The notes beneath the pieces are model-generated. The model searched no databases and was not told where the DNA came from. It saw only the letters and a list, made by a program, of their open reading frames with translations. 64,000 nt of DNA from Pseudogymnoascus verrucosus (Eukaryota): NCBI GenBank assembly GCA_001662655.1, contig KV460216.1. One strand, written 5' to 3'. Position numbers and translations under genes: made by a program. Below are positions 1 to 12,358 of this stretch, in pieces. Each line of letters begins with the position of its first letter. The first letter of the stretch is position 1.

Positions 1-307
1 AAACAGAAAGTCCAAGAGCAAGTTCTTCATACGTTCAAATAGAAGCAAGCCTCAGAAGTAAGTTCTTCATAAAGATCAGCTGTGAGTTCAGCTGCGAATT
101 CAACAGCATGTTATTTCAAGGCGTGAATAGAATGTACACCAAGACCTCACTCTCTATCATCTCATCTCATTTAAAATCCCACATCCCACATCTCATATCC
201 ATAATCCATATCCCTCTCACCCACAACTCGCTGCAGAGGATACAAGCACCTCCCCCCTTCTCAATCCCACCTGCCGCGTTGTCAACCATCCAGTATCCAA
301 CAGCCAG

Positions 308-352
308 CCAGCACTCATCCAGCACTCGTCCAGCACTCATCCAGCACTCATC
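308..352. repeat. 11-nt tandem repeat (CCAGCACTCAT x4)
   Basis: Four consecutive units ccagcactcat/ccagcactcgt read directly. Confidence 0.85.
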
Positions 353-1185
353 AAGCCTCCTCCATCACCCGGCCCATCAGTCAGCAAGCAAGCAAGCAAC
401 AGCTCCGATCATATCAGATCAACACATTACACCTCAGATCAGACTAAAACAAGAACGTAAGTCAGCACGAACTGACACCTAGAACGGCAAACCCCAAAGC
501 CAATGACGACATACCGCCGTTCTCGTCACGGGTCTCGGGCCGAGAGCGAGTGAGTGTCTCGGGGGAGATAGGACGGGATGGAAGGTGAGCGGATTTACGT
601 TTGCGGCCTTGGTGGTATAGTATAGTTTGGAAAGGGGATGAGGTAAGTGGGAGGTGAGAGGAGGGCGGAGGATGGGAGGTGGGAGTTGAGGGAATTGCGA
701 GTAAAAATAAAACCCCAAGATCTCAGGGTTCTTCAGTTGTTGACAGATAGGACCAGCAAAGCAGACTTCATATTCACCATCAAATCCAATACAATTCACA
801 CCCCAAAGATCGAAAGGTGGTTAAAAAGATATTAAGAAATACCATTCATCTATATCCCCCCAACCCCTCTAAATATTCCCCCCAGTAATACAGAAACCCC
901 GCCCATCCACTTGCACACGCACACACACAATGGTATGATGTTGCCTCTCTCGTGCTTCTACCCCTTCCGAAAATCAGATCAGGTCCAATTTATCGGTTTT
1001 TCTCCCTTCCATCCGCGTAATTACCTCCTCCACCCTTCTTCCCCTTCTTTCGTCCCCGTTCAACTCACAAAGTTCACCTGAGACGCGCTGATGAGGCACT
1101 CCTGAAAGCGCAACCCGAACGCGCACTCAAGATCACCCATCCACTGACTTTCTCACCAAGCAGTCCAACACTAACAGACCGCTCC

Positions 1186-1951
1186 TTACAACAGCATAGC
1201 CGCAACAGCCATAACAGCCGCCGCCGCACCGCTGCCTCCCATCCTGCTAGCCGCACCACTCGCATTCGGCGCCGGGGTCTGGGTGAACGCGCCCGTTGGC
1301 TCCTGCTGTGGAGCTCCGCTGCTGGTGCCGGCGGCGGCGCCGGTGGTGGTGGCAACGGCGGAGGTGGCAGCGGCGGATGTGGCAGCGGCGGAGGTGGCGG
1401 CAGAGGTAGGGGGGAAGGAGGAACCGCCGAACGATCCCTCGTCGGCGGAGGAGGGCGCGGTGACGAGGGTGGTGGGGGTTGCGGCACCGCCTGCTGCTTG
1501 GGTGGTGACTGCGCCGCCGGCTGCGGCGGAGGAGGAGCCGGAGCCAGAGCCGACTACTTTGCAGAGCTCGCCGGTTAGGGAGAGGACCTCTGTGGGTGTG
1601 TTAGTGATTATTATTTGCATTGAGTTTTGTGATGGATGTGAGAAATGGATAGGTGTCTTGGCAGTGAAATTGAAATTGGATATGAGAAATCCAGGACAAA
1701 AAGAAAAACGTACTAATAGCATCAGCAGCCTGGCACTTGGTGGTGACACAAGGAGTAGCCGAAGTCTGGATAGCAGACATCTTGCCGCACTGGCACGCAT
1801 AGTCGGTGATGGCGCAGTTCTGTCCCGCGGATGCGGTGGCGATGCAGGTCAGCGCGCACGAGGGGATCTGGGACACGATGCTCGCGACGTCCTGGGCGGC
1901 GACGGAGGTTGCTGCTGCGACGGCAGCGATGAGGGCGAGTGAGAAGCGCAT
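1186..1951 (-). CDS. GPI-anchored CFEM-domain cell-surface protein (~213 aa; exons 1951-1714, 1589-1186)
   Basis: Signal peptide MRFSLALIAAVAAATSVAAQ; 8-Cys CFEM pattern IPSCALTC..C.ITDYACQC..PC...C..ELC restored across a GT..CTAAC..CAG intron; Ser/Thr/Ala-rich stalk; C-terminal omega site (NASGA) plus hydrophobic tail. Confidence 0.92.
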
Positions 1952-3727
1952 GGTGAAGTTTTTTTTGAGGTGAGAAGAATTTGACTTGGCTTTTGGCTTT
2001 GACGGTGAGTTGATGATCTGTTTGAGATGATCGATTGATTGATTTTTTGTCTGCCTGAGCGAGCGTGGTGGAGTGGAAGAAGGAGGGAAGGAAGAGATGG
2101 AGGGGAGGAAGGGGAATATGAACAGGGTGGGTGGGGGGGGGAGGATGGGGTAGTGTTGTTGAGGCGTCACATGTCATCAGCCAGCTTTGTTAGGATGATG
2201 GATGGGAGTGAAGAGCCTAACCATGGCAGGTGCGGGGGGGAGGATGGGCGGGAGACGAGCAGAAAGCAGAAAGCAGATTGAGGGAAGGGACATTTTCGAG
2301 GGACATTTTAGATCCCGGGGGGGGGGAGGAGGAGAATAGAGAGGAATGGGCCAATGGAGATGGGGGGATTGGGTAGATTGGCTGAATGGGGGATGGTGTC
2401 AACGGGGAAATAGTGGGAAGGGAAGTTCAATAATGGGGAAGTAATCTGGAAAGTGGAGGGGGAAATGTTTGTTTTGGGTAGAGGGGAGGGATTATCGTTA
2501 TTCGACGTTTATTGTGAGGAGCGTGAGGAGCGTGGGTGGTACCATGAGTGAGTACCACACGGGAAGGACTGGGAGAGGCGTAGATTGGGGTTGTTCGGGG
2601 TGTACTAGGCCAGGATGGGGTAGTGGGTGTGTTAGTGTGGTGGTAGTTTTGTACTATTCTGGTAGAAGATAGTAGGAGATGCAATTAGAGTAGTCTAGCT
2701 GGGGGAGAGAGAGTAGTCTAGCTGGGAGTAGACTGGAGCAGAGCAGTCAATAGTGTGGGCGCGGAGACAGGGAAAAAGTTGGATTTTGGGTGGAGGTGGG
2801 TGGGTGGTGGTGTAATGAGTGATGAGTGATGAGGAAGGGTGGAGAGGTGGGGAGATGGGGAGGGATTGGAGTGTATGGGGGTTGGGTAGGTATGGGGCCA
2901 AGGAAATGATGGAGAGAGAAAGTGAGCATGGAGATTGGAGAGAGATTAGAGGGAGTCTGGAGCCAAAGTCTGGAGTTGTCTGGAGTGAGGATGGGGAGGG
3001 GGAGGAGGAGGGGGAGATTAGAGAGAGAGGGTATTGTGGAGGATGGATGCACAGTCTGCACAGTCTGGTGTCCATAGACTTTTATTTATCAGCCATACAC
3101 ACACTCTGTTTAGCCAACACTCAGTCTTATCCACCATCTTCTTCTCTCCATCAGCCATACACTCAGCTATACCCACTTCAGTGTCTGCTTCATTACTACA
3201 TTTGTCTAGTCTTGCGATGAGTCTATACGTACTGCACACACGGCTGACTGACACTGACAGTGACATCTATTGACAGTCCTGTCTCCTCTCCTCTGCATTC
3301 TCTGCCGCGTATCCTCTTCTCTCTTCTCTCTCCTCTGCATTCTCTGCCGTCTACTCTACCGCATATCCTGTGTCTATCATCTCTACCATCTCTGCATACG
3401 TACATACATACCCAGTCTCTCCCTCGGACGACAACCACGTCCCCTCTTACTCAGTAGCCTCGGCACGGCAGGGTCTCTGTCTCTCTGTCTGTTTCTCTCT
3501 GTCTTACAATCCCCTCTCATCCATACCACGTCCGTAATGTCTTACCTGTTCTCTATCCTGCATTGTCTTACCTGTCTATCTTACCTGTCCTACCTTCCTA
3601 CCTCTCTGTCTCACCTGCATTTGTTCTCGTTCACTTCTTTCCTTCCATCTCCGGCCTCACTCTTCTGCTCTTCCCTGCTGTCTCACTCGTCATCGCCACC
3701 ATGCCATGATGCCATGATGCAGATGCA

Positions 3728-4578
3728 GCCAAGCAAGCAATCGACCTCCAAGTCAAGCAAGAATTGCCGTACTGCAGGCAGTCCAGTTTGTGCAGTAGTA
3801 AGTGGGACCATCGTCGACAGGGACAGGCTGGCTATCTGTGGTGCAGCTATCTCATTGCCAAGTATATCAGCTGTAAGCAGAGTACGTATACTTGCTGTAC
3901 AGCTGGGCGTGGAGTTAGAGTCATCGACACAGGCATCGTCGCCAAGAATCGCCATCGCTCACAGCAACAGCATCATCATCAACAGGCATGTTGCCAAGGA
4001 GTGCAGTGAACATCCCCCCATCCCCCTCCCTAGCATCACATCACAGCGTTACCAGCAGGCACCTTGCCAAGGCCTGAAGTGTAGTAAACATCCCATCCCC
4101 ATCCCCAGCATCACCAGCCAAGTATCACCAGCCAAGTACCCTTCCCCCCCCCCGATGTCACCCTCCGCCCGTTTTCCCACATAATCGGCATCGAGGGCAT
4201 CGAGGGTACATCCCAGAGCATCCCAGCCACCCCTCTACCCTCGCACCACCACACGGCACTCACCGCATACACGAACAAGCAATGCACACATGCCTGCACG
4301 CACACATGCATCCATGCACACACCGGATTTAATACCGATCGGCGCTACCTTAGTCCTGCAGCGGAGGGATTTTACCCATCTCTGTCCAGGGGGAATGGCA
4401 GGGGGGGTGGGTGAGGTGGGTGAGGTAGATGAGGTGGCAACCCTGCGAGGGGAACCGAGGTGACTGGCCACAGCTTTTAGAGGTTAGCGCGCATGGGGAC
4501 CATGCTGATCGTGGTGTGGATGCGGATGGTGCTAGGATGTTGCTGGGTAAGGGTCGTGCGACGATCTTGGCTCTTGGC
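3728..4578. promoter_or_regulatory. Cluster of PacC/Rim101 consensus sites (GCCAAG) upstream of the CFEM gene
   Basis: GCCAAG at 3728, 3857, 3941, 3993, 4066, 4117, 4131 (+) and CTTGGC at 4566, 4573; GCCARG is the established PacC consensus. Confidence 0.65.
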
Positions 4579-6721
4579 GGAGAGGGGAGATGGGGGTGCT
4601 AGGCTGGGTTTGGGTTAGGGGGGGTTTAGTCTGGGATTGAGGAAGGGGGTAGTACTGCGTTCGCTGATAGATAGTGGCGTTTGGGGGACTTGCTGTGGCC
4701 CGTAGACGAGCCTGCTTACCTGACTGACCTAGCTGATCCCGGAGAGAGGGAGGAGGGAGGGGTTGACGTCAGGTACAGTACGTCCAGTACGCCACGCCTA
4801 GGAAGGTACGGACGGGTCGGCAACGTTGGCATGCATGTGCGCGCGCGGGGGTGTTCTGTTTGTGTGTGTGTGTGTGCTGGTATTGCTGCTGGCTGCTGCC
4901 GTTGTTGGTGTGGGTGAGTGTGTGGGTGTGTGGGTGGTAAAGAGAAGGGGAAATTTCTAGTGCAGAACTGCGGAGTCCCTTTAATTTCGCAGGAGATTTC
5001 CAGGACGGGGTGCGCATTGCGATTGCGGGAGGGATATCGTCCGTCTGGGTCTGTCTGGATGTTCTAGCTGTTCTGGCCAGACTACTAGATTACTGCTGTC
5101 TATCAACTAGGTGGTGGGTGGATTGGTGGTGGGTGTGAGAAATTTCTTCATTCCCTTCTTTTCCTATCTCGTTTGGTAGACGGCGACGGCGACGGCGAGG
5201 TGCTGCTGCGAACGAACTCGACTGACTGGTACGTACCCCCACTCGATGGATTCGGTGGACCATCCCGTCTACAGTCAGTGGATATGAGTAAGTAACTACC
5301 ACAGCTACCTATCTGTCACATGACTCGCCCCTCGCAAGCCTATCCTCTCTTGTCAAAAACTTTCTTTGCTCGGGAACCGCACATGGCGATGAACGGGTCG
5401 ACTCGCCTCACTCACCTACCCACGTACCTTCGGGAGCGCGTTCCAAGCTTTCGGGTTCGGGTTCGGTGATGATGATGGTGGTTGGTGACGCGAGGGGAGG
5501 GAAGCAGTGACGACTTGTTCGCTTAGAAGTGTGGGTGAGGTGAGTGAGGTGAGGGGAAGCTGTTTATGTGGAGGGCTCAGTGAGTTAGTCGGTCGGTCGG
5601 TCGGTGGTGGATCGGAGTCGGGGAGTTCGGGGATGGTGGATTGGTACAGCACAACACCAGCACCAGCATCAGCTAGACAGACAAACAAAAAGACGGGAAG
5701 CAGGATTTACCACTCCGAACCCCAAGCTTGTGATTGGCCAAGACGACGGGTGGTAGGCATTAGGTCCTTACTGCACGTCAGCGAGGCGTCGCGGCTCGGT
5801 CGGCGGCTGGGGCTGGGCATTCTCACATGCTTATACTTGTGCTTTGGGGATGGAGCTCGGATGGGGAAGACGAGGGGGATTGCGGGATTGCGGGATTGCG
5901 GAGTTTGTGGGTGAGGTGGATTGAGGATGGATTATGGGGACAGTGAGAAATGGAGGTGCGGGGTAAGTGATGCATGGTTCGTATCCTGTCTGTCTGGAGT
6001 GAGTGGGTGAGACTCTGGGGAACGGGAGGATTTGGGAGGAGGAGGATTGGTGGTGGTTTGGAATTGAGTGGTGGTGAGTGGTGGGGTAGGTTGCATGTGT
6101 AAAAAAAAGCTTTCAAGGTTGAAAGTTTGAGAAAACTGAGAATTGACTGAGTGTGAGTATAGGGGTGGGCAAGCAGATTAATCTTGGCAGTTTTCAAATC
6201 TGATACTATTTCAAAATACCCAATATGAACACGGTAGAGTAATTTTTATATGATAGTATTTCAACCGCTAAACGAATGTTCTGTATGTATGCACGTCCAA
6301 GAATGATATCTATATACACATCCAAAATATCTCCAATTCACCCCCGCCCAAAATATCTTCCCCTCCCCTTCAAAAAAAAAACACCACTTCCGATGCCAGA
6401 AAATGCCAATCAACCCGTATATGTGAAAAACAAACGCCCTACTCCATCCAGATCCAAACCAGACTAGACAAGACCATCTATCTATCCCCCTTCCCCTCCG
6501 CCATCCCCAGACTCCGCGTGTAAAAAAAGATTCAACCCATCCATCCATCCCAATCTCATCTAAGTATCCCCTCTCTGGACATAGTCACAGCCAGCTGGCA
6601 TCTCGCAGAAATGGCAGGTTCCCAGGGCTCTCTCGCTCATGAACGAGGCAGCTAGACACAGTCCCGCATGCCTCCTCTCTCCACCACCCACTCTCACTCC
6701 ATCTCTTCCCCTTCACCCCCC

Positions 6722-7912
6722 CTACGACGCCGCAGCCGCCAGCGCCGCCGCCGCCTTCTGCGCATCCCCCACCTCCTTAATCGCCACCATCTTCGCCTGC
6801 TCCTCTATCGACAACGCCTTAAACGCCGCCGTATTCGCGTCCCACAGCTGAATGCACTGGATATCCCAATTGCACCTCTCCACCTCCCCATACACCGGGT
6901 GGCTGTAGCGCGGGTGCACGGTCGGCCAGCCGGAGGCGTGGTACCGGTGCTTCACGAGCGCGGTGCGGGCGTTGTGGTTCCCGGAGTCGGAGTGGCCTTG
7001 TCCTGCGGCGAAGGCTTCGACGGTGAGGACGAGGGCGCCGCCGATGAGTTTGCTTTCGCGCATGGCGTGGAAGGAGTCCCATGTTACTGCGTGTCCTGCG
7101 CCTGCGGAGATCTCAGCTAGAATCGCCGAAGTAAAAGCGGACGGGCCGGTGCCGGAGATGACCTCGTCGAAGTCGAGTTGAAGTTGGGAGATTGGCACGC
7201 CCTGCGTTTCGGAGAGTCCCTGGAGCCACAACAAGATGCCGTCGACGAGGCGGAGCATGACGGGCAGGCCGGGCTTGGCCATGAAAGTCCATTGGCAGAA
7301 GGACTGGGATTTTGGGCCGAGGATGGCGTGGTCCTTGAACTCGGGCTGGTCGATCTCAACGCCGATTACCATGTCGATGTCGCCCTCTTTGTAGCGGTCG
7401 GGGATGAAGGAGTCGATGGGCTTGAGCGCCTCGACGTCGATGTCGGTGTACAACCCGCCGTCCACGTACATGACCAGATACCGCAATAAATCAGCCTTGA
7501 TGATCTTGGCGGTGAGCGAGCGGTAGGTCTCGACGATGTCCGGGCGGTTGAGGCCCGCTGGCCCGTAGTGCGACTCAACGTACATGAGGTCGTTGCTGTC
7601 TGTCAGCACCTCGTATCTGTACCCTGGGTTCTTCGACGTCCAGGTGCGCGCGCACGAAGAGTCGCGCTCCTCGAAGCCGAGCGGGTCGACCTTCCACGTC
7701 TGCCAGATCTTGCGGGGGAACTTGGTGGCGAGGGCGAGGGGCTGCTGGTGGGAGAAGCCACGCTTTGCGACGCGCAGGGGGGCGCCGAGGGAGTCGGCGT
7801 GCGAGATGATGAAGATGATGAGGATGCAGGCGAGGTAGACGGGGAGGGCGCGCTGGATCTGGCGCGGGAGTCGGCCGGTGAAGGCGGTGGGGGTTTGGAG
7901 TTTTTCAATCAT
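6722..7912 (-). CDS. Glycosyltransferase family 32 (Och1-like alpha-1,6-mannosyltransferase family), type II membrane, ~396 aa
   Basis: N-terminal TM (LPVYLACILIIFIIS), FPRKIWQTWK, KADLLRYLVMYVDGGLYTDIDVE (DXD), FCQWTF, TGPSAFT; single exon from ATG 7912. Confidence 0.9.
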   Translation of the reverse strand: MIEKLQTPTAFTGRLPRQIQRALPVYLACILIIFIISHADSLGAPLRVAKRGFSHQQPLALATKFPRKIWQTWKVDPLGFEERDSSCARTWTSKNPGYRYEVLTDSNDLMYVESHYGPAGLNRPDIVETYRSLTAKIIKADLLRYLVMYVDGGLYTDIDVEALKPIDSFIPDRYKEGDIDMVIGVEIDQPEFKDHAILGPKSQSFCQWTFMAKPGLPVMLRLVDGILLWLQGLSETQGVPISQLQLDFDEVISGTGPSAFTSAILAEISAGAGHAVTWDSFHAMRESKLIGGALVLTVEAFAAGQGHSDSGNHNARTALVKHRYHASGWPTVHPRYSHPVYGEVERCNWDIQCIQLWDANTAAFKALSIEEQAKMVAIKEVGDAQKAAAALAAAAS

Positions 7913-8846
7913 TGCTGTTGTTGCTTTGGTGGTTGTGATTGTGATTGTGGTGGTGCTCCTGCTGCTTTTGTCGGTGTCGTCTGTCTGGAGATTGGATTGT
8001 TCAGAAGAAGAGACGAAGACGAAGACAAAGAGGAAGAGAGCAGCAGTTGGGGATGAGCAGGAAAAAGTTTGTCCCTTTTCGATCAGCACGGGAAGGGAAG
8101 GCAGGGAAGGGGAGAAGAAGGGAAGAAGGGGAAGAAAGGGCAGGCCTTAAAGTTGGCGGGTGGGGGTGGGTAAGTGAGGTGGGTGTGAGGAATTGGAGAA
8201 GCTGGGGACGCTAAAAGGATGGGTATTCTGGGGACGCTATTAGGGGCGAACTTATGATGACTATGCTCGGAAGAGTAATTGAGAGGGGGATGGAGGGGGA
8301 TGGAGGGGGATGGGAGGTATGGGAGGTATGTGAGAGTGGGAGGGGGGTACAGGAGGGTGTATGAGATATAGGAGGGAGGGGAAGTATTGAATTGGGTGGG
8401 AATCGGAGTGAGTGAGTGAGCATGGGAGAGAGTTTGTATGAGGGAGGAGAGTGGAAAAGAGAGTGAAGAGAGAGAAGGCGGTACATGGCGGAGCGGGTGT
8501 GGTTTGCGGGAAGATGGAAGTACTGTATCCCTTCGTTTACTGATTTCGGAGTATCAGTTGAAAGTATCAGTGGAGAGAATCTCTCTGTCTGCGTGAGTGG
8601 AGACTGGACTGACAAGGATTCCGGGCACTCAGGGACTTTGATGAACATACCCATACTCCCAAGTTAGGCTAAGAGTACCCGAAGCGGATAGGGTAGCACT
8701 TGCCGTTGCTCTCGCCAAAACGTTGCCGTACTCTGTGAAACAATCGGCAGTCTAGAGTAGAGTAGAGTAGAGTAAACTGAGTACTGAGCAGAGCAGAGCA
8801 AGTGTAGTCAAGTCATGCTCATCTGGCACCTTTTCCAAGCTTTTCT

Positions 8847-9531
8847 GCCAAGTGATACCGCCCATCCCTGTTGCTGGTGGTGGATAGGTGGTGGATAGGT
8901 GGTGCATGCGTCCTTGGTATGTGAATCCCCGCACGGTGGTCAAGAGTTGGCCAAGATTGTCAGGGATTATCCATGATTGTCCCACCGAGGTGCCTGTTCT
9001 GTTCTGGGGGTGTACGTATCTTCCCATACCTGCCGCTAAAATGCCCGCTAAAAAGTGCCTTCTTCTTCGTTCTGCGCTAAACAAGCCCTACGCTTACCCT
9101 GTTAGTCCCACGCTAAGCGAACAACGGGTGCGTCGGTAGATAATCTTGGCGATTTAGTTCTACGTTAGTAGAACTGCTTGGCGGTTTGGTATGACGGTGA
9201 ACTATGCTGTCCCACATGGGAACCAGGGGTTAGTGCGAGGAACGCCAATCCTAAAGCCATTGTACCCACACAAACTGCTCGGTTACCGGGGTGGCTGGTA
9301 GCTGGCTGGTGAGGAAGAGTGGGGGTTTCGAGGAAAGGACCTGCCTCGGAATTTTACATTTGTTTTCACATGTCAGTCAGTCTCAGTCAACCACAGCAGC
9401 TAACAATACTGTACCCACAACGCCACAACGGCTCTTTCCTTCTTCTTTCCTTGATGACTGTGATGAATACTGGGATAATTGGCATCCTGGATACTGGGAT
9501 TCGGGGATCCTCAAACACGCCACCAGCCAGG
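8847..9531. promoter_or_regulatory. PacC-type GCCARG sites in the divergent GT32 / acyltransferase promoter
   Basis: GCCAAG 8847, 8950; CTTGGC 9145, 9177; GCCAGG 9526. Confidence 0.5.
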
Positions 9532-10801
9532 TTATACCACTCACTCACTCACCCACTCACTTATTCTCACACTCTCACACTCCCACACGCTCAATTGGCG
9601 TCAATTGCGCCAATTACACGTAATAATGCCCACCACAGACGATGACTGTATGATGCGTATAGTATGATGCTCTCAGCAGAGTACTGCTGTAGTACTACTG
9701 TAGTACTACAGTTCTCTACTGAGAGCATCATGAGTACAGCAGTAGTACTCTGTTATCCGACACCTCTACTACCTCTACTACCCTTACTACGGCAACACCA
9801 GCCACATCCGTCACAACTGCCCTCCGCAAGCACTTGCGCTTGCACACTTCCAAGTACTACTGTACTGTAAACACACTTACAGTAAACACACACACAAACT
9901 CCATTCGGCATTTTCACATTCCCTTTCTCCATATCTCCAGTCTCTCCATCTCCACCTCCACCCTCATCCACCTCCTCCTCCTCCATCCTCTACCCTGCCT
10001 TACCACTCTACTTGCTACTCTACCCCATACTCCCCAGACTCTCACTATCCCACTTCGCAACTTCACTCCTGTTTCTCCCCGCACTCCTCTTCATTCCATG
10101 CTAACCCTACACACTTACCAAACTATGCCTATGCTCCTGCCCTGTCGCAACTTACTTACCATCCTGCCCTGCCATAACTCACCATCCCGCCACTCGGACA
10201 TGCCGCCCGTGATTTGACTCGCCGATCTATACTCCCCACGTACCGTACCTGCACGCTCTTCCGGCATGTGAACATGTGAAGATGAAACAGCGCGATAGCA
10301 CCAAGGACCGCCTGTACTCGCCTGCACTTGCCTGCACTTGCCTGCTCTTGCCGGCACTCTCCTCCACTCTCCACTCTCCCATGCACTGTGGAAAATACTC
10401 TCCACACTCTTTCTGCTCTACCCTACCTGCTCCACCTACTCTACCCACTCCACCTACTCGCTCGACTCTACCTTTGTACTCTACCCATCCTACAACAGCT
10501 CCCCCCATCCGCTGACTAATCATTGCCTCCACCATCTCTCTCAATCCTCATTATTTACTCCATCTCTTGGCTGATCCTGATCGTCCCTGCATCCCCTCCG
10601 CTTCCCTCTCCCGTAACCACCTTCCTGGCGCCGGCGTCAGTCAGTTTGTCTGATATCTCTATAAAAAAAAGCCACCGCGACAGCATCAATTGCCCATCAA
10701 CTGCTCAAAGGGCCTCACGACCTCATCCCCCTCCAGCCGTGAGCCGGCATCACCCCCACCTCTCCTCCCTTCTCCCCTCCTCACCGAAACACCCTCAAAA
10801 A

Positions 10802-12265
10802 ATGTCCCTCCAACACGACGGCCTCCTGGGCCAGAAATGGGTCCCCGCCGACCCCTCCAGCAAGCTCTCCCCCCTCGCGCGCATCGCCAAAAACTGGGCC
10901 GAATACCTGCGCCCATCCTTCCTCACGCGCGCCGGTGGGAGCAAGACCAAGACACAGCTCGGGCGGACGGCATACCTCGACGGGCTGCGCGGATTCGCGG
11001 CGTTTCTCGTGTACTGGCAGCATCACCAGCTGTGGGCGCACGAGGCGCTGGGGGCGGATAAGATTCTCGAGAATGGGTTTGGGTATGAGAAGCAGTATTA
11101 CTTCGCCTGTTTGCCGTTTATACGTACGTTCTTCACGGGGGGGCACTTCGCTGTCACGGTATTCTTCGTCATCTCGGGATACGTTCTGTCTGCGAAACCG
11201 CTCGCGTTGATCCAGGGCGGTGAGTATGGCAAGCTGGGGGATAACCTGGCCTCTGCGCTATTCCGACGTTGGATGCGCCTCTACATCCCTATCATCGTCA
11301 CGACCTTCATCTACATGACATCCTGGCACGCGCTGGGCATCTGGACCGACTCAGAACACCAGGGCAGCTACGGCGACGAGCTGATAAAGTGGTACCGCGA
11401 CCTCAAGAACTTCACCTTCATATTCGACGGCAGCGGGGACCCGTTCTTCCACTACAACGGCCACGTGTGGTCCATTCCCGTGGAATTCAAGGGCTCGATC
11501 ATCATCTACACCTGCCTCCTCGCCTTCTCGCGGTGCCGCAAGAACGCGCGCCTGTGGTGCGAGATCGGCATGATATACTACTGCATGTACATCGTTGACG
11601 GATCTTTCTTCTCCATGTTCCTCGGGGGAATGCTGCTGTGCGACCTGGACCTGCTCGCGGCCAAGGACGAGCTCCCGCGCTTCTTCGCCCTCTTCGAGCC
11701 CTGGAAGGAACTCATCTTCTTCAACCTCTTCATTATTAGTCTGTACCTCGGCGGCGTCCCGTCGCATAGCGGGGAGGTCAGCGTCCTCCGCGAGACGGGT
11801 GGGTGGTATTACCTCTCCTTCCTCAAGCCACAGGCTGTGTTTAACTATAAGTGGTTCTACCTCTTCTTTGCGTCTGTGTCGATGGTGGCGTCTGTGCCGC
11901 ACATGCCGTGGCTGAAGACGTTTTTCGAGATGCGCTTCAACTTATACCTCGGGCGCATCTCATACGCCTTCTATCTTATTCACGGCCCTGTCATGTGGAC
12001 GCTGGGCGATAGGTTGTACGTCGCCGTCGGCTGGTATAGGGATTCGCATCTGAAGGGGGTACCCGGGTGGGTGAACCTGCTCCCGTTGTCGAAAGCTGGG
12101 CCGTTCTTCGGGGCTGAGTTTAGTTTTTTGGTGCCGCATATTATTATCCTCCCTGTCACGCTGTGGTTGGCGGAGGTGGTGACGAAGACGGTGGATAAGC
12201 CGACGGTGAGGTTTGTGCAGTGGGCGTATTCGAGGACGTTGGCGCCGGCGGTTGGGAAGTTATGA
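10802..12265 (+). CDS. Acyltransferase family 3 (OafA/OatA-like multi-TM sugar O-acyltransferase), ~487 aa
   Basis: YLDGLRGFAAFLV, GHFAVTVFFVISGYVL, FRRWMRL, WSIPVEFKG, YLGRISYAFYLIHG; many hydrophobic helices; start at ATG 10802 (MSLQHD). Confidence 0.9.
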   Translation: MSLQHDGLLGQKWVPADPSSKLSPLARIAKNWAEYLRPSFLTRAGGSKTKTQLGRTAYLDGLRGFAAFLVYWQHHQLWAHEALGADKILENGFGYEKQYYFACLPFIRTFFTGGHFAVTVFFVISGYVLSAKPLALIQGGEYGKLGDNLASALFRRWMRLYIPIIVTTFIYMTSWHALGIWTDSEHQGSYGDELIKWYRDLKNFTFIFDGSGDPFFHYNGHVWSIPVEFKGSIIIYTCLLAFSRCRKNARLWCEIGMIYYCMYIVDGSFFSMFLGGMLLCDLDLLAAKDELPRFFALFEPWKELIFFNLFIISLYLGGVPSHSGEVSVLRETGGWYYLSFLKPQAVFNYKWFYLFFASVSMVASVPHMPWLKTFFEMRFNLYLGRISYAFYLIHGPVMWTLGDRLYVAVGWYRDSHLKGVPGWVNLLPLSKAGPFFGAEFSFLVPHIIILPVTLWLAEVVTKTVDKPTVRFVQWAYSRTLAPAVGKL

Positions 12266-12358
12266 TGATGTTTATGATGGGTTGGTTGTGGTTGGCGTTG
12301 GCGGGCGTTGGCATTGGATTGGCATTGGATTTGAATTGGGTGGTGTATTTTGGGACTG

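Noticed and set aside
2000..6600. Many 60-300 aa ORFs, e.g. 3270-4184
   Set aside because: Low-complexity Ser/Leu/Pro or Gly/Glu translations produced by strand compositional skew; no domain motifs.
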